Shown: piece after piece, positions 8,545-20,132 of the stretch
How positions within the stretch are numbered: the stretch's first letter is position 1
Layout of the letters: each line of letters opens with the position of its first letter
Source of the DNA: Hyphomicrobiales bacterium
GTDB lineage: Bacteria > Pseudomonadota > Alphaproteobacteria > Rhizobiales > Beijerinckiaceae
Length of the DNA stretch: 64,000 bases
Reading direction: 5' to 3'
Assembly (NCBI GenBank): GCA_027483895.1
Contig: JAIXTP010000020.1
Coordinates: 27,359 to 91,358, forward strand
Position numbers and translations under genes: made by a program
The notes under the pieces: model-generated
Seen by the model: the letters and a program-made list of their open reading frames with translations, nothing else
What the model was told of the DNA's origin: nothing
The model's database searches: none

Positions 8545-8938
8545 GTGCCCGGGCCGACACCGGAGCGTCGCGGACGAACGGGCTTATAGAGACTCGAATC
8601 GGGACTGTCCAGCACCGCGAGGCCGGGTTCTTCGTCGCAGTGCGAAGGGCGCCTCGGGGGCGGGGGCGAGGGCCCGGGACGGGGCGCGGAACCTCTGCCG
8701 GGCGGCGGCGCCGCCCTCGGTACGGCCCGGATCGGGCAGGCAAGGCGGCGGAGATCGGCGGGGTGCGGGAGAGCGGGCTTCCGACGCCTTGGCGCGGCGG
8801 GGTTCGGGTGCTATGGCGATGCCTTCGCGGGTGCACACGGGAATCGGCCCCGCTTTCGTCTTCCGCGGACGCGTTCCGGACCGGGTCGTCGCTTCGGCCC
8901 CGGCGGCCGCTCCGCACCAAGTGCGAGGAGATCGAGCG

Positions 8939-10246
8939 ATGAGCGCGCAGGCCGCCGGACGCCCCAACCACATGACGAACAGCTTCTTCGCCGCGTCGCT
9001 CGCCGACCGCGACCCGGAGATCGCCAAGGCCGTCGAACTCGAACTCGGCCGCCAGCGCGACGAGATCGAGCTGATCGCCTCCGAGAACATCGTCTCCCGC
9101 GCCGTGCTCGAGGCGCAGGGCTCGGTGATGACGAACAAATATGCGGAAGGCTATCCGGGCCGCCGCTATTACGGCGGCTGCCAGTTCGTCGACATCGCCG
9201 AAAACCTCGCCATCGAACGCGTGACCAAGCTGTTCGGCTGCCGCTTCGCCAACGTCCAGCCGAATTCCGGCAGCCAGGCGAACCAGGCCGTGTTCCTCGC
9301 GCTGCTCCAGCCGGGCGATACCTTCATGGGTCTCGACCTCGCCGCGGGCGGCCATCTCACCCACGGCGCGGCGCCCAACATGTCGGGCAAGTGGTTCAAG
9401 GTCGTCAGCTACGGCGTCGACCGCGAGACGCATACGATCGACATGGACGAGGTCGAGCGCATCGCCAAGGAAACCCGGCCGAAGCTGATCATCGCCGGCG
9501 GCTCGGCCTATGCGCGGCATTGGGACTTCGCGCGCTTCCGCGCCATCGCCGACGAAGTGGGCGCCTTCTTCCTCGTCGACATGGCGCATTTCGCCGGTCT
9601 CGTGGCGGGCGGCTCGCATCCCTCGCCGTTCCCGCATGCGCATGTCGTGACGTCGACGACGCACAAGACGCTGCGCGGCCCGCGCGGCGGCCTGATCCTG
9701 ACCGACGACGAGGCGATCGCGAAGAAGATCAACTCGGCCGTGTTCCCCGGCCTGCAGGGCGGCCCGTTGATGCATGTCATCGCGGCGAAGGCGGTCGCCT
9801 TCGGCGAGGCGCTGACCCCGGAATTCAAGCTCTATGCGCAGGCCATCGTAGAGAACGCCAAGGCGCTTGCCTCGACGATCGCGGACGGCGGCTTCAAGAT
9901 CGTGACGGGCGGCACCGACAACCATCTGATGCTCGTCGATCTGAGGCCGAAGGGCCTCAACGGCAAGATCTCGGAAGCCGGGCTCGGCCGCGCGCACATC
10001 ACCTGCAACAAGAACGGCGTGCCCTTCGACACCGAAAAGCCGATGATCACCTCCGGCATCCGTCTCGGCACGCCCGCCGCCACCTCGCGCGGCTTCGGCG
10101 TCGCGGAGTTCAAGAAGGTCGGCGAGCTGATCGTCGAGACGCTGGATGGCCTCGCCAAGAACGGCGAGGAAAACAATGCCGCGGTCGAGGCCTCGGTGAA
10201 GGACCGGGTGCACGAACTCACCCGCCGCTTCCCGATCTACGCCTGA
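8939..10246 (+). CDS. glyA: serine hydroxymethyltransferase
   Basis: [38 protein letters not shown], the PLP-lysine region [15 protein letters not shown], and an SHMT-length product from ATG 8939. Confidence 0.95.
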   Translation: MSAQAAGRPNHMTNSFFAASLADRDPEIAKAVELELGRQRDEIELIASENIVSRAVLEAQGSVMTNKYAEGYPGRRYYGGCQFVDIAENLAIERVTKLFGCRFANVQPNSGSQANQAVFLALLQPGDTFMGLDLAAGGHLTHGAAPNMSGKWFKVVSYGVDRETHTIDMDEVERIAKETRPKLIIAGGSAYARHWDFARFRAIADEVGAFFLVDMAHFAGLVAGGSHPSPFPHAHVVTSTTHKTLRGPRGGLILTDDEAIAKKINSAVFPGLQGGPLMHVIAAKAVAFGEALTPEFKLYAQAIVENAKALASTIADGGFKIVTGGTDNHLMLVDLRPKGLNGKISEAGLGRAHITCNKNGVPFDTEKPMITSGIRLGTPAATSRGFGVAEFKKVGELIVETLDGLAKNGEENNAAVEASVKDRVHELTRRFPIYA

Positions 10247-10270
10247 TCCGGACCTTCGGGAGAGAGCGTC

Positions 10271-10762
10271 GTGCGTTGTCCTTATTGCGGCGGTCTCGAA
10301 ACGCAGGTGAAGGACTCGCGTCCGAGCGACGACAACGCCGCCATCCGCCGCCGCCGGGTCTGCCCGGATTGCGGCGGACGCTTCACGACCTTCGAGCGGG
10401 TGCAGCTGCGTGAACTGACCGTGGTGAAGCGGTCGGGCCGGCGCATCCCCTTCGACCGCGACAAGCTGCAGCGCTCGGTCGAGATCGCGCTGCGCAAGCG
10501 GCCGGTCGATGCGGAGCGCGTGGAGCGGATGGTGAACGGCATCGTGCGGCAGCTCGAAAGCTCGGGCGAGGCGGAAGTGCCCTCCGAGACGATCGGCGAA
10601 CTGGTGATGGAAGGGCTGAAGGGCCTCGACGACGTCGCCTATGTGCGCTTCGCCTCGGTCTATCGGAATTTCCGCGAGGCCAAGGACTTCGAGGACCTGC
10701 TCGGCGAGCTTTCGGGCGACGAGGCGGAAGGCGCCTTGCCGGAGAAGCGGGTCGAGCCATGA
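10271..10762 (+). CDS. nrdR: transcriptional repressor NrdR
   Basis: MRCPYCG...[14 protein letters not shown] zinc ribbon followed by an ATP-cone domain. Sits in the conserved position between glyA and ribD. Confidence 0.95.
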   Translation: MRCPYCGGLETQVKDSRPSDDNAAIRRRRVCPDCGGRFTTFERVQLRELTVVKRSGRRIPFDRDKLQRSVEIALRKRPVDAERVERMVNGIVRQLESSGEAEVPSETIGELVMEGLKGLDDVAYVRFASVYRNFREAKDFEDLLGELSGDEAEGALPEKRVEP

Positions 10763-11907
10763 GCGTCGCCGCCCCGGCTGCGGCGTTGCGCGCGTCCGCG
10801 CGCGACGAGGCCGCCGTCATGGATCACGCGCTGGCGCTCGGCCGGCGCGGGCTGGGGCTGACTTGGCCCAACCCCGCCGTCGGCGCGGTGGTGTGGCGGC
10901 CGACGCCGCAAGGCCCCCTGATCCTCGGGCACGGCCATACGCGGCCCACCGGGCGGCCCCATGCCGAGACGGAAGCGTTGAAGGCGGCGGGCGAGGCCGC
11001 GCGCGGCGCCGTGATGACGGTGACGCTCGAACCCTGTTCCCATCACGGCCGGACGCCGCCCTGCGCCGAGGCGATCATCGCCGCCGGCATCGCGCGCGTG
11101 GTCACGGCCATCGAGGACCCCGATCCGCGCGTCGCGGGCCGCGGCCATGCGATGCTCCGCGCGGCGGGGATCGAGGTCGAGGTCGGCATTCGCGCCCGCT
11201 TGGCCTTCCTCGCCCATCTCGGCCATATCCGCCGCGTGACCGAGGGGCGGCCGGGCGTGTTCCTGAAGCTCGCGCGCACGGCGGACGGTTTCGCGGCAGC
11301 GGAGCCGGGACGGCAGCTGATGATCACCGGCCCGATCGGTTCGGCGCGCGTGCATATGGAACGCGCGGCGGCGGACGCGATCATGGTGGGGATCGGGACG
11401 GTGCTGGCCGACGACCCGCGGCTCACCTGCCGGCTGCCGGGGCTCGCCGATGCGAGCCCGATCCGCGTGGTGCTCGACGGCGATCTGCGCATGCCGCTCG
11501 ATTCCGGCCTCGTGCGCACGGCGCGCGATGTGCCGGTCTGGGTCGTGGCGGCGGAGGATGCGGAGCTTTCGCGCGAGGCGGCGCTGCGCGCGCATGCCGT
11601 GGACGTCATCCGGGTGCCGCGCAAGGGCGAGCGGATCGATCTCGGCTGCGCGCTCGGTGCGCTGGGCGAGCGGGGCATCACGCGGGTGATGAGCGAGGGC
11701 GGGCCGACGCTCGGCGACGCGCTCGCCGCCGATGGCCTCGTCGACGAGGCGACGCTGATCACGCATGAGACGCCGCTCGGCCGCCCGGGCGTTCCCGCCG
11801 TCGGCCCGAACCTCGCGGCCGCGCTCGCCGACCGGGCGCTGTTCGAGGCTCTTCCCGCCGCCGTTCACGGCCCCGACCGTTTCGAGCATTTCGTGAGGAC
11901 CGCCTGA
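10759..11907 (+). CDS. ribD: bifunctional diaminohydroxyphosphoribosylaminopyrimidine deaminase / 5-amino-6-(5-phosphoribosylamino)uracil reductase
   Basis: Deaminase zinc motifs HAETEAL and [18 protein letters not shown], plus a C-terminal reductase domain. ATGA overlap with nrdR. Confidence 0.93.
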   Translation: MSVAAPAAALRASARDEAAVMDHALALGRRGLGLTWPNPAVGAVVWRPTPQGPLILGHGHTRPTGRPHAETEALKAAGEAARGAVMTVTLEPCSHHGRTPPCAEAIIAAGIARVVTAIEDPDPRVAGRGHAMLRAAGIEVEVGIRARLAFLAHLGHIRRVTEGRPGVFLKLARTADGFAAAEPGRQLMITGPIGSARVHMERAAADAIMVGIGTVLADDPRLTCRLPGLADASPIRVVLDGDLRMPLDSGLVRTARDVPVWVVAAEDAELSREAALRAHAVDVIRVPRKGERIDLGCALGALGERGITRVMSEGGPTLGDALAADGLVDEATLITHETPLGRPGVPAVGPNLAAALADRALFEALPAAVHGPDRFEHFVRTA

Positions 11908-12548
11908 TGTTCACCGGCATCATCACCGACGTCGGCACCGTGGTTTCGGTCGCCGCCCCGCAGGACAAGCTCCGCCGCATCCGCATCCGCGCCTCTTACG
12001 ATCCGGCGACGATCGAACTCGGCGCCTCCATCGCCTGTTCGGGCCCGTGCCTCACGGTGGTGGGCTTCGGGCCCGGCGAAACGGGCGGCTGCTGGTTCGA
12101 GGTGGACGCGGCGGCCGAGACGCTCGCGCGCACCACGGTGGGCGACTGGCGCGAGGGCACGCGCATCAATCTCGAACGCGCGCTGAAGATCGGCGACGAA
12201 CTCGGCGGCCATATCGTGACCGGGCATGTCGATGCCGTGGCCGAACTCGTCGCCCGCACCGAGGTGACCGGCGGGGAGGGACCTTGGGCCGCCTCCGCCC
12301 GTTTCGACCTGCGCATTCCGAAGCCGCTGGCGGGCTTCGTCGCGGAAAAGGGCTCGGTGACGCTCGACGGCACGTCGCTGACCGTCAACACGGTCGACCG
12401 CGACATGTTCTCGGTACTGCTGATCCCGCACACGTTGCAGGTGACGACCTGGGGCGACCGCAAGGCGGGCGACAGGATCAATTTCGAAGTCGACATGATG
12501 GCCCGCTACGCCGCGCGGCTTGCATGGGCGCGCGCCGAGGGCTACTGA
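11907..12548 (+). CDS. ribE: riboflavin synthase (alpha chain)
   Basis: [13 protein letters not shown]-terminus and the internally duplicated lumazine-binding repeat (GHIVTGHVD in the second half). Confidence 0.93.
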   Translation: MFTGIITDVGTVVSVAAPQDKLRRIRIRASYDPATIELGASIACSGPCLTVVGFGPGETGGCWFEVDAAAETLARTTVGDWREGTRINLERALKIGDELGGHIVTGHVDAVAELVARTEVTGGEGPWAASARFDLRIPKPLAGFVAEKGSVTLDGTSLTVNTVDRDMFSVLLIPHTLQVTTWGDRKAGDRINFEVDMMARYAARLAWARAEGY

Positions 12549-12575
12549 CCTCCGCCTAACGAAGGTCGAGGCTCC

Positions 12576-13070
12576 ATGGTCGCTCAGTCGCATACCCGCC
12601 CGGCGGGAGAACCCGTGCCGGGCGCGCGCATTCTCGTCGTCGAGGCACGTTTCTACGAGGATCTCGCCGACGAGCTTCTGAGCGGCGCACGCGGCGCGGC
12701 CGAGCGGGCGCAGGCGACGGTCGAGGTGGCGACGGTGGACGGCGCGCTCGAAATTCCCGCGACCATCGCCATCCTGCTCGATGCGGCCGCCGCGGCGGGT
12801 CGGCCCTATGATGCGGCCGTGGCGCTCGGCTGCGTGATCCGCGGCGAGACGGGGCATTACGACATCGTGGCGGGCGAAAGTTCGCGCGCGCTGATGGATC
12901 TCTCCGTCGCGCGCAAGCTGCCGCTGGGCAACGGAATCCTCACCGTCGAGAACGACGCGCAGGCATGGGCCCGGGCGCGCGTGAGCGAAATGAACAAGGG
13001 CGGGGGCGCGGTGGACGCGGCGCTCGCGGTGCTGCGCCTCAAGCGTGCGGCCGAAAGCCGGGGGCGCTGA
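12576..13070 (+). CDS. ribH: 6,7-dimethyl-8-ribityllumazine synthase
   Basis: [46 protein letters not shown]. Typical length and rib-operon position. Confidence 0.9.
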   Translation: MVAQSHTRPAGEPVPGARILVVEARFYEDLADELLSGARGAAERAQATVEVATVDGALEIPATIAILLDAAAAAGRPYDAAVALGCVIRGETGHYDIVAGESSRALMDLSVARKLPLGNGILTVENDAQAWARARVSEMNKGGGAVDAALAVLRLKRAAESRGR

Positions 13071-13071
13071 G

Positions 13072-13536
13072 ATGTCGAAGGGCGAAAAACGCTCCGCCGC
13101 GCGGCTCGCCGCCGTTCAGGCGCTCTACCAGATGGACATCACGCACAAGCCCGTCACGGACGTGCTGGCCGAATTCGAGGCGCATTGGATCGGCCGCGAG
13201 GTCGAGGGCGTCGAGATGAAGGAGGCGGAGGAGGAGTTCTTCCGCGCGATCGTGCTCGGCGTGGTGAAGGACCAGGTGCAGATCGACCGCCGCATCGACG
13301 ATACGCTCGCCGAAGGCTGGCCGCTCGCGCGCGTCGAGGCGGTGCTGCGCGCGGGCCTGCGCGCCGGCGGCTACGAACTCCTGCGCCGCAAGGACGTGCC
13401 CGCGCGCGTCGTCATCAGCGAATATGTCGACGTGATCCGCGCCTTCTACGAGGGCGAGGAAACGGGCATGGCCAATGCCGTGCTGGACCGGATGGCGCGC
13501 GAATGGCGCCCCGGCGAACTCGAGCCGCGCCGCTGA
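13072..13536 (+). CDS. nusB: transcription antitermination factor NusB
   Basis: SAARLAAVQALYQMD N-terminal motif and the conserved ribH-nusB adjacency. Start at ATG 13072, just after the ribH stop. Confidence 0.9.
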   Translation: MSKGEKRSAARLAAVQALYQMDITHKPVTDVLAEFEAHWIGREVEGVEMKEAEEEFFRAIVLGVVKDQVQIDRRIDDTLAEGWPLARVEAVLRAGLRAGGYELLRRKDVPARVVISEYVDVIRAFYEGEETGMANAVLDRMAREWRPGELEPRR

Positions 13537-13582
13537 GGTTCGGCCGTCGCCAAGCGGCGACGAAGACGTCATAGTTCCGCGC

Positions 13583-14557
13583 ATGACCGAAGACGATCTC
13601 ATCGCGCGCTTCTTCGCGCCCTTGGCGGGCGCGGGCGGGCTCGGCCTGAAGGACGATGCGGCCTGCGTGAGCCCGCCGCCCGGCTGCGATCTCGTCGTCA
13701 CCGTCGATGCGCTCGTCGCGGGCGTGCATTTCTTCCCCGACGACCCGCCGGACTCGATCGCGCGCAAGGCCTTGGGCGTGAACCTCTCCGATCTCGCGGC
13801 GAAGGCCGCCGACCCCATGGGCTACGTGCTCGCGCTCGCGCTGCCCGAGGGAACCGACGACGCGTTCCTTTCGGCCTTCGCGTCCGGGCTCGGGCGGGCG
13901 GGGCTCGACCATCGCATCGCGCTGCTCGGCGGCGATACGGTGCGCACCCCCGGACCGCTGACGGTATCGGTGACCGCGTTCGGCGTCGTGCCCGGGGGCC
14001 GGATGGTGCCGCGGACGGGCGCGCTGCCCGGCGATCTCGTCGCGGTCACCGGAACGGTGGGCGATGCGGCGCTCGGGCTCCTGTCGCGGACGCGGCCGGA
14101 ACTGTTCGGCGCGGACGGGCCGCCCGCGGCGGCTGCGGCGCATCTGCGCGACCGCTATCTGCATCCGCAGCCGCGAAACCGCTTGGCGCCGGCGCTGCGC
14201 ATGTATGCGCGCGCCGCGATGGACGTGTCCGACGGGCTCGCGGGCGACTGCGCGAAGATGCTGCGGGCCTCGGGCGCGAGCGGCATGATCGATGTCGGCG
14301 CGGCGCCGTTCTCGCCGGCGGCGCAGGCGGTGATCGGAGAGCCCGCGCTGTTCGAGGCCGCGGTGACCGGCGGGGACGATTACGAGATCCTGCTGACCTT
14401 GCCGCCCGAGAACTGGGAGAGCTTCCGGCGCGATGCGGAGAGCGAAGGGATAGCGGTGACCGCGATCGGCCGGGTGGAGGAGGGCGATGCCCCGCTCCGT
14501 CTGCTCCGCCGCGGCGTGCCCTTCACGCCGGCGAAGACCTCCTTCTCGCATTTCTGA
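13583..14557 (+). CDS. thiL: thiamine-monophosphate kinase
   Basis: EDDLIARFFAPLAG, LKDDAA, DALVAGVHF, LGGDT, AAMDVSDGL (AIR-synthase-related fold). Conserved nusB-thiL order. Confidence 0.9.
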   Translation: MTEDDLIARFFAPLAGAGGLGLKDDAACVSPPPGCDLVVTVDALVAGVHFFPDDPPDSIARKALGVNLSDLAAKAADPMGYVLALALPEGTDDAFLSAFASGLGRAGLDHRIALLGGDTVRTPGPLTVSVTAFGVVPGGRMVPRTGALPGDLVAVTGTVGDAALGLLSRTRPELFGADGPPAAAAAHLRDRYLHPQPRNRLAPALRMYARAAMDVSDGLAGDCAKMLRASGASGMIDVGAAPFSPAAQAVIGEPALFEAAVTGGDDYEILLTLPPENWESFRRDAESEGIAVTAIGRVEEGDAPLRLLRRGVPFTPAKTSFSHF

Positions 14558-14730
14558 GCGGAGGCCGAGCCCCTCCGCCATGACGAGGCCGTCGCGCGCC
14601 ATGCGTGCCGCGCGCAGCCGAAGCGACGATTTTGTGCTTACACTCCCGTGCCCGGACCATCCTGACGGAATCGGGCCCATGTCGACCGGCGACGTCGACG
14701 GGCGAACGAAAAGCGAAGGCGAGGAAGACG

Positions 14731-15966
14731 ATGACGGCCCATGCGGATGCGGCGGCGACGCCGCTGTCGGGAGACGCGCTCGCGCGTCGGAACGCGCTTC
14801 TTCTCGCTGCGGCGACGGCGCTCGCGGGCGCCAACGCCTCCGTGATCTTCGCGACCGGCGCCATCACCGGCGCCGTTCTGGCGCCCGAAGCGGGGCTCGC
14901 CACGCTGCCGATCACGGTCTTCGTCATCGGCATGGCCTTCGCCACGATCCCGAACGGGATGATCGCCCGGCGCTGGGGGCGCCGCGTCTCCTTCCTCGTC
15001 GGCGCGACCGCTGGCGTGCTGATGGGCGTCATCGGCGCCACGGCCGTCGTGAAGGGCTCGTTCCCCCTCTACAATCTGGCAACGTTCTTCGGCGGCATCT
15101 ATGCGGCCGTCGCGCAGTCCTACCGTTTCGCGGCGGCGGATTCCGCGTCCCCCGCCTTCCGCCCCAAGGCGATCTCCTGGACGATGGCGGGCGGCGTCTT
15201 CGCGGGCGTGCTCGGCCCGCAGATCGTCAGCCTGACGATGAATCTCTGGCAGCCTTATCTCTTCGCCGCGAGCTATCTCGCGCAGGCGAGCGTCGCCTTC
15301 GTCGCGATGGGCATCCTGATTTTCGTGAAAGCGCCGTCCCCCGCCGCGGCCGCCGCGGCGGCGGCCGAATCGGCGCCCGCCCGGCCGCTGATCGAGATCA
15401 TCACCCAGCCGCGCTTCGTCACGGCCGCGATCTGCGGCGTGGCCTCCTACGGCCTCATGAACCTCGTGATGACGTCGGCGCCGCTCGCGATGAAGCTGTG
15501 CGGGCATGATCTCACGGCGTCGAATCTCGCGATCCAGTGGCACGTGATGGCGATGTACGGACCGAGCTTCTTCACCGGCGGTCTGATCGCGCGCTTCGGC
15601 GCGAGCCGCGTGATCGGCGCAGGTCTGCTCCTCACCGCGGCCGCGGCCGTGGTGGATCTTGCGGGCACCTCCGTCGCGCATTTCTGGGCCGGGCTGATCC
15701 TGCTCGGGATCGGCTGGAACTTCGGCTATGTCGGCGCTTCCGCCATGGTCACGGAAACGCACCGCGCCTCGGAGCGCAACAAGGTGCAATCGTTCAACGA
15801 TTTCCTCGTGTTCGGCACGATGGCGCTCGGCTCCTTCTCGTCGGGCAAGCTCCTTACCTATTTCGGCTGGGACGCGGTGAATCAGGTCGTCTTCCCGCCC
15901 GTCGTTCTCGGCATGATCGCGCTCGTCTGGCTGTCCTGGCGTCGCGCACAGGGCCGCCTCGCCTGA
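14731..15966 (+). CDS. MFS transporter
   Basis: Twelve-helix hydrophobic pattern with an MFS loop 2-3 motif (GMIARRWGRR). Start at ATG 14731, preceded by GAGGAAG. Confidence 0.8.
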   Translation: MTAHADAAATPLSGDALARRNALLLAAATALAGANASVIFATGAITGAVLAPEAGLATLPITVFVIGMAFATIPNGMIARRWGRRVSFLVGATAGVLMGVIGATAVVKGSFPLYNLATFFGGIYAAVAQSYRFAAADSASPAFRPKAISWTMAGGVFAGVLGPQIVSLTMNLWQPYLFAASYLAQASVAFVAMGILIFVKAPSPAAAAAAAAESAPARPLIEIITQPRFVTAAICGVASYGLMNLVMTSAPLAMKLCGHDLTASNLAIQWHVMAMYGPSFFTGGLIARFGASRVIGAGLLLTAAAAVVDLAGTSVAHFWAGLILLGIGWNFGYVGASAMVTETHRASERNKVQSFNDFLVFGTMALGSFSSGKLLTYFGWDAVNQVVFPPVVLGMIALVWLSWRRAQGRLA

Positions 15967-16115
15967 GCCCGTCGCCCGTCCACGAGGCGGATTTGCCTCG
16001 CTCGCGTCGATTTGCCTAAACTTCGCCACCTCGTTCGGGATCGGGTCGCCGCGGCCGATTCCACCCCCAAGAATCGAGGATCGAAGCCGCGGCGACGGGA
16101 CACAAGGACGGCAAC

Positions 16116-18254
16116 ATGATTTGGTTCATCATTCTCGGGGGGCTGCTCGCGGTCGCCTACGGGGCTTGGGCGATCGCGGACGTGAACGGACGCGATGCCG
16201 GCTCGGCCCGGATGCAGGAGATCGCGGAAGCGATCCGCGAAGGGGCGCAGGCCTATCTCGCGCGGCAGTACACCACGATCGGCATCGTGGGCGCGGTGCT
16301 CTTCGTCATCATCGCCTGGCTGCTCGGCGTGACGGTGGCGGTCGGCTTCGCGGTCGGCGCGGTGCTTTCGGGGCTTGCGGGCTTCATCGGCATGAACGTC
16401 TCCGTCCGCGCGAACGTCCGCACGGCGCAGGCCGCGACCCAATCGCTGGCGGGCGGCCTCGACGTGGCCTTCAAGGCGGGCGCCGTCACCGGCCTCCTCG
16501 TCGCGGGCCTCGCGCTGCTCGGCGTGGCCGTCTACTACTGGGTGCTGACCGGCCCGATGGGCCATGCGCCCGCGAGCCGCACGGTGATCGACGCGCTCGT
16601 CGCGCTCGGCTTCGGCGCCTCGCTGATCTCGATCTTCGCGCGTCTGGGCGGCGGCATCTTCACCAAGGGTGCGGACGTCGGCGCGGACCTCGTCGGCAAG
16701 GTCGAAGCGGGCATTCCCGAGGACGATCCGCGCAATCCTGCGACCATCGCCGACAATGTCGGCGACAATGTCGGCGACTGCGCGGGCATGGCGGCGGACC
16801 TTTTCGAGACCTATGCGGTGACGGTCGTCGCCACGATGGTTCTCGCGGCGATCTTCTTCGCGGGCCAGCAGGTGCTGGGCGCGACGATGCTCTATCCGCT
16901 CGCGATCTGCGCGGCCTGCATCCTCACCTCGATCGCCGGCACCTTCTTCGTGAAGCTCGGCGCCGACAATTCGATCATGGGCGCGCTCTACAAGGGCCTC
17001 TGGGCCACGACGGGCCTCTCCGTCATCGGTCTGGGTGCCGCGACCTCGCTGACCATCGGCTGGGGCACGGTCGGCACCGTCGGCACGATGACGATCACCG
17101 GCACGAACCTGTTCATCTGCGGCATCATCGGCCTCGTCGTGACGGGCCTGATCGTCTGGATCACCGAGTACTACACCGGCACGGGCAAGCGCCCGGTCGT
17201 CTCGATCGCGCAGGCGTCGGTGACCGGCCACGGCACCAACGTGATCCAGGGCCTCGCGGTCTCGCTCGAGTCGACCGCGCTTCCCGCGATGGTGATCGTG
17301 GGCGGCATCATCGGCACCTATCAGCTCGCGGGCCTCTTCGGCACCGCGATCGCGGTGACGACCATGCTCGGCATCGCCGGCATGATCGTGGCGCTCGACG
17401 CCTTCGGTCCGGTCACGGACAATGCGGGCGGCATCGCCGAGATGTCGGGCCTGCCTAAGGAAGTGCGCCAGTCGACCGACGCGCTCGACGCGGTGGGCAA
17501 CACGACCAAGGCGGTGACCAAGGGCTACGCGATCGGCTCTGCCGGTCTCGGCGCGCTGGTTCTGTTCGCGGCCTACAGCTACGACCTGAACTACTTCACC
17601 GCCAATGCCGACAAGTTCCCCTATTTCAAGAACATCGGCACGGTCTCCTTCGACCTCTCCAACCCCTATGTGGTGGCAGGCCTGATCTTCGGCGGTCTGA
17701 TCCCGTATCTCTTCGGCGGCATCGCCATGACGGCCGTGGGCCGTGCGGCGGGCTCGGTCGTGGAAGAGGTGCGGCGCCAGTTCCGCGAGAAGCCCGGCAT
17801 CATGCAGGGCACGGATCGTCCGGATTACGGCCGCGCGGTGGACATGCTCACCAAGGCCGCGATCAAGGAGATGATCATCCCCTCGCTGCTGCCGGTCCTG
17901 GCCCCGCTCGTCGCCTATTTCGGCGTGCTCGCCATCTCGGGCTCCAAGGCCTCGGCCTTCGCGGCTCTCGGCGCCTCGCTGCTGGGCGTGATCGTCAACG
18001 GCCTGTTCGTCGCCATCTCGATGACCTCGGGCGGCGGCGCGTGGGACAACGCCAAGAAGTCCTTCGAGGACGGCTTCGTCGACAAGGACGGCGTGCGTCA
18101 CCTGAAGGGCTCCGAGGCCCACAAGGCCTCGGTGACCGGCGACACCGTCGGCGATCCCTACAAGGATACCGCGGGCCCGGCCGTGAACCCGGCGATCAAG
18201 ATCACCAACATCGTCGCGCTGCTCTTGCTGGCGGTGCTGGCGCACGTGGCCTGA
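16116..18254 (+). CDS. hppA: membrane-bound proton-translocating pyrophosphatase
   Basis: 712 aa and polytopic, with diagnostic motifs [41 protein letters not shown] and [15 protein letters not shown]. Confidence 0.96.
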   Translation: MIWFIILGGLLAVAYGAWAIADVNGRDAGSARMQEIAEAIREGAQAYLARQYTTIGIVGAVLFVIIAWLLGVTVAVGFAVGAVLSGLAGFIGMNVSVRANVRTAQAATQSLAGGLDVAFKAGAVTGLLVAGLALLGVAVYYWVLTGPMGHAPASRTVIDALVALGFGASLISIFARLGGGIFTKGADVGADLVGKVEAGIPEDDPRNPATIADNVGDNVGDCAGMAADLFETYAVTVVATMVLAAIFFAGQQVLGATMLYPLAICAACILTSIAGTFFVKLGADNSIMGALYKGLWATTGLSVIGLGAATSLTIGWGTVGTVGTMTITGTNLFICGIIGLVVTGLIVWITEYYTGTGKRPVVSIAQASVTGHGTNVIQGLAVSLESTALPAMVIVGGIIGTYQLAGLFGTAIAVTTMLGIAGMIVALDAFGPVTDNAGGIAEMSGLPKEVRQSTDALDAVGNTTKAVTKGYAIGSAGLGALVLFAAYSYDLNYFTANADKFPYFKNIGTVSFDLSNPYVVAGLIFGGLIPYLFGGIAMTAVGRAAGSVVEEVRRQFREKPGIMQGTDRPDYGRAVDMLTKAAIKEMIIPSLLPVLAPLVAYFGVLAISGSKASAFAALGASLLGVIVNGLFVAISMTSGGGAWDNAKKSFEDGFVDKDGVRHLKGSEAHKASVTGDTVGDPYKDTAGPAVNPAIKITNIVALLLLAVLAHVA

Positions 18255-18302
18255 TCCGGCGGGGCGCCTCTCGGCGAGGGGCGCCCTTCCGATCGCACGG
18301 AC

Positions 18303-18336
18303 AAAAAACCCCGCGGAGCGATCCGCGGGGTTTTTT
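18303..18336. terminator. bidirectional rho-independent terminator between hppA and bamE
   Basis: A-tract, then stem CCCCGCGGA/TCCGCGGGG, then TTTTTT, read directly. Confidence 0.8.
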
Positions 18337-18362
18337 CTTCCGTCGGGCGAGGGCAGGAGGGC

Positions 18363-18824
18363 TCAGTAGCCCGGCATCTGCCCGGTGGCGCGCATGAGCT
18401 GGCGCACCATGGTGAGCTCGTTTCCGCTGGTCGGGGTCGTGCGCGAGATGAAATCGAACACGACGCCGTCCTGCATGCCGTAATCGGCGACCTTCTCGAC
18501 CTTGAGGTTCTTGGTGAAGTTGATGGCGACGACGCGCCGGTCCACGATGCGCGGCCCCATGAACTGGAGCTTCACCTCGACCTTTTCGCTGATGTAGTAC
18601 CAGGTCTGGTTGCCGACCGTGGAGACGGTCGACGGCGTTCCCATGACCTGCAGGACCTGCTGGGCGTCCATGCCGGGCTTCACGGTCGCGAGCGCCTGCT
18701 CGTCGAGCAGATAGCCCTGCGTGTAGGTCTCGTTCGCGCAGCCCGCGAGGCCCGCGGAGAGCATCGCTGCGATCATCGCCGCTCCGGCGGTCCGTCCGAA
18801 AGTGCGAGTGGTCCGGCGCGTCAT
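18363..18824 (-). CDS. bamE: outer membrane protein assembly factor BamE (SmpA/OmlA lipoprotein)
   Basis: Lipobox LSAGLAGC, then GYLLDEQALATVKPGMDAQQVLQVMGTPS...WYYI, typical of BamE. Start at ATG 18824. Confidence 0.8.
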   Translation of the reverse strand: MTRRTTRTFGRTAGAAMIAAMLSAGLAGCANETYTQGYLLDEQALATVKPGMDAQQVLQVMGTPSTVSTVGNQTWYYISEKVEVKLQFMGPRIVDRRVVAINFTKNLKVEKVADYGMQDGVVFDFISRTTPTSGNELTMVRQLMRATGQMPGY

Positions 18825-18955
18825 GACATCGGTCTCCGCGTTGCGGCGGTCGCCCGCCGCGCTTTTTTCCTTGCGATGGACCGTAGCGATGCCGTAACCC
18901 GCGATCAAATGCAAGGACAGCACCGGAGCTCGCGCTTCGGCCTGCGGATGGGCCC

Positions 18956-19513
18956 ATGATCTTCGGACTTTTCGGCGCCGGTCGGCGCAACACGGCGATC
19001 ATCGAGCGGCTGCATGCGGCCGTGGTCGAGGCCGCGCGGCGCCCCGCCTTCTATACGGATCTCGGCGTCCCCGACACGTTCGAGGGGCGGTTCGACCTCG
19101 TCACGCTCCATGCCGCCCTGACCGTGCGGCGCCTTCGCGCGTTGCCCGACCCCGCCTCGGCCCTCGCGCAGGACCTCGTCGACGCCCTGTTCCTCGGCTT
19201 CGACCGGGCGCTCAGGGAGATGGGCGTGGGCGATCTCGCGGTGCCCAAGCGCATGAAGACGATGGCCTCCGCCTTTCTCGGCCGCGCCCGTGCCTATGAG
19301 GCGGCGCTGCTCTCCGGCGGCGTCGACGAATTGGAGACCGCGCTCGCGCGGAACGTCTACGGCGCCTCGGGCGTCGTTTCTCCCGAGGCTCGACGGCTCG
19401 CCGGCTATGTGCGCGCCGCGTCGGCGGCGCTCGAGGCTGCCGATTTCGCGGCCTTCGAAGGGGGGCGGCCGCCGTTTCCCGATCCTCTCGCGACCGAGGA
19501 GGCCGCCCGATGA
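18956..19513 (+). CDS. ubiquinol-cytochrome c chaperone (Cbp3-like) family protein
   Basis: MIFGLFG...[39 protein letters not shown] matches the conserved alphaproteobacterial family that sits between bamE and yceD. Confidence 0.75.
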   Translation: MIFGLFGAGRRNTAIIERLHAAVVEAARRPAFYTDLGVPDTFEGRFDLVTLHAALTVRRLRALPDPASALAQDLVDALFLGFDRALREMGVGDLAVPKRMKTMASAFLGRARAYEAALLSGGVDELETALARNVYGASGVVSPEARRLAGYVRAASAALEAADFAAFEGGRPPFPDPLATEEAAR

Positions 19514-20013
19514 CCCCCGAAACCCCGCTGCTGTCGCGCCCGCTGGTCGTCGACGACATCCCGGAGAAGGGCGCGACGGTCGAAGTCGCGGCCGATGCGG
19601 ACGAGCGCGCGCTGCTCGCGAAGGCCTTCGGCCTGGTCGAGATCAAGGCGCTGACCGGTCGTTTCGAGGTGAAGCGCAAGGGCCGCGAGGCGGTCGCGAA
19701 GGGCGAGGTGACGGCGACCGTCGTGCAGACCTGCGTGGTGACGCTCGACCCGTTCGATGCGGAGGTGAAGGAGGCGGTCGACCTGCGCTTCGCCCCCGAC
19801 GCACCGGCGCTCGACGACGATACCGCGCCGCCCGACGCGCCCGATCCCATCGTGGACGGGCGCATCGATCTCGGCGCGATCACGGCGGAGTTCCTCGCGC
19901 TCGGCCTCGATCCCTATCCGAAGAAGCCGGGCGCCTCCTTCTCCTTCGAGGGCGAGGACGACAAGGAGAACCCCTTCGCCGCACTCGCCGCGCTCAAGCG
20001 CGACGAAGGCTAG
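19510..20013 (+). CDS. yceD: YceD/DUF177 family protein
   Basis: Acidic 167-aa protein with the [12 protein letters not shown] motif, upstream of plsX as usual. ATGA overlap with the previous gene. Confidence 0.8.
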   Translation: MTPETPLLSRPLVVDDIPEKGATVEVAADADERALLAKAFGLVEIKALTGRFEVKRKGREAVAKGEVTATVVQTCVVTLDPFDAEVKEAVDLRFAPDAPALDDDTAPPDAPDPIVDGRIDLGAITAEFLALGLDPYPKKPGASFSFEGEDDKENPFAALAALKRDEG

Positions 20014-20132
20014 GAGCGTTTCCCCAAAAAGCCGTTGCCTCGGGCGGTCCCTTCGCTATTGTCGCGCGTCCCCGCGGGGGCGGGCCGACCAGCGGTCGAC
20101 TCGCCGGGGACGGGGTGGGCGATCAGAATTCG

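Noticed and set aside
8545-8938. Possible ZTP (pfl) or other riboswitch in the GC-rich leader of about 390 nt upstream of glyA. A CCGGGTCGTCGC stretch at about 8881 vaguely resembles the GGGUCGUG core.
   Set aside because: I could not find the second conserved sub-domain (CCGCCUGGGC pseudoknot partner) or the ACCGGG element, and the candidate lies too close to the ATG to hold both domains. An Rfam/Infernal scan would be decisive. A hit to RF01750 would overturn this rejection.
8510-10213. 567-aa ORF antisense to glyA. Similar very long antisense or out-of-frame ORFs occur elsewhere, for example 15882-18245 opposite hppA, 23758-26055 opposite the secreted-protein gene, 59013-60188 opposite tctC, 61809-63779 opposite FAH/phaC, and 10660-11889 opposite ribD.
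   Set aside because: High-GC DNA lacks stop codons in non-coding frames. The translations are Arg/Gly/Pro/Ala-rich low-complexity strings without motifs, while the opposite-strand products match well-known families along their full length.
10247-10760. FMN riboswitch expected somewhere ahead of the riboflavin genes.
   Set aside because: ribD follows nrdR with overlapping codons and no leader. In alphaproteobacteria the FMN element usually precedes ribB/ribH2 or transporter genes, none of which are in this window, and I saw no FMN-like conserved core.
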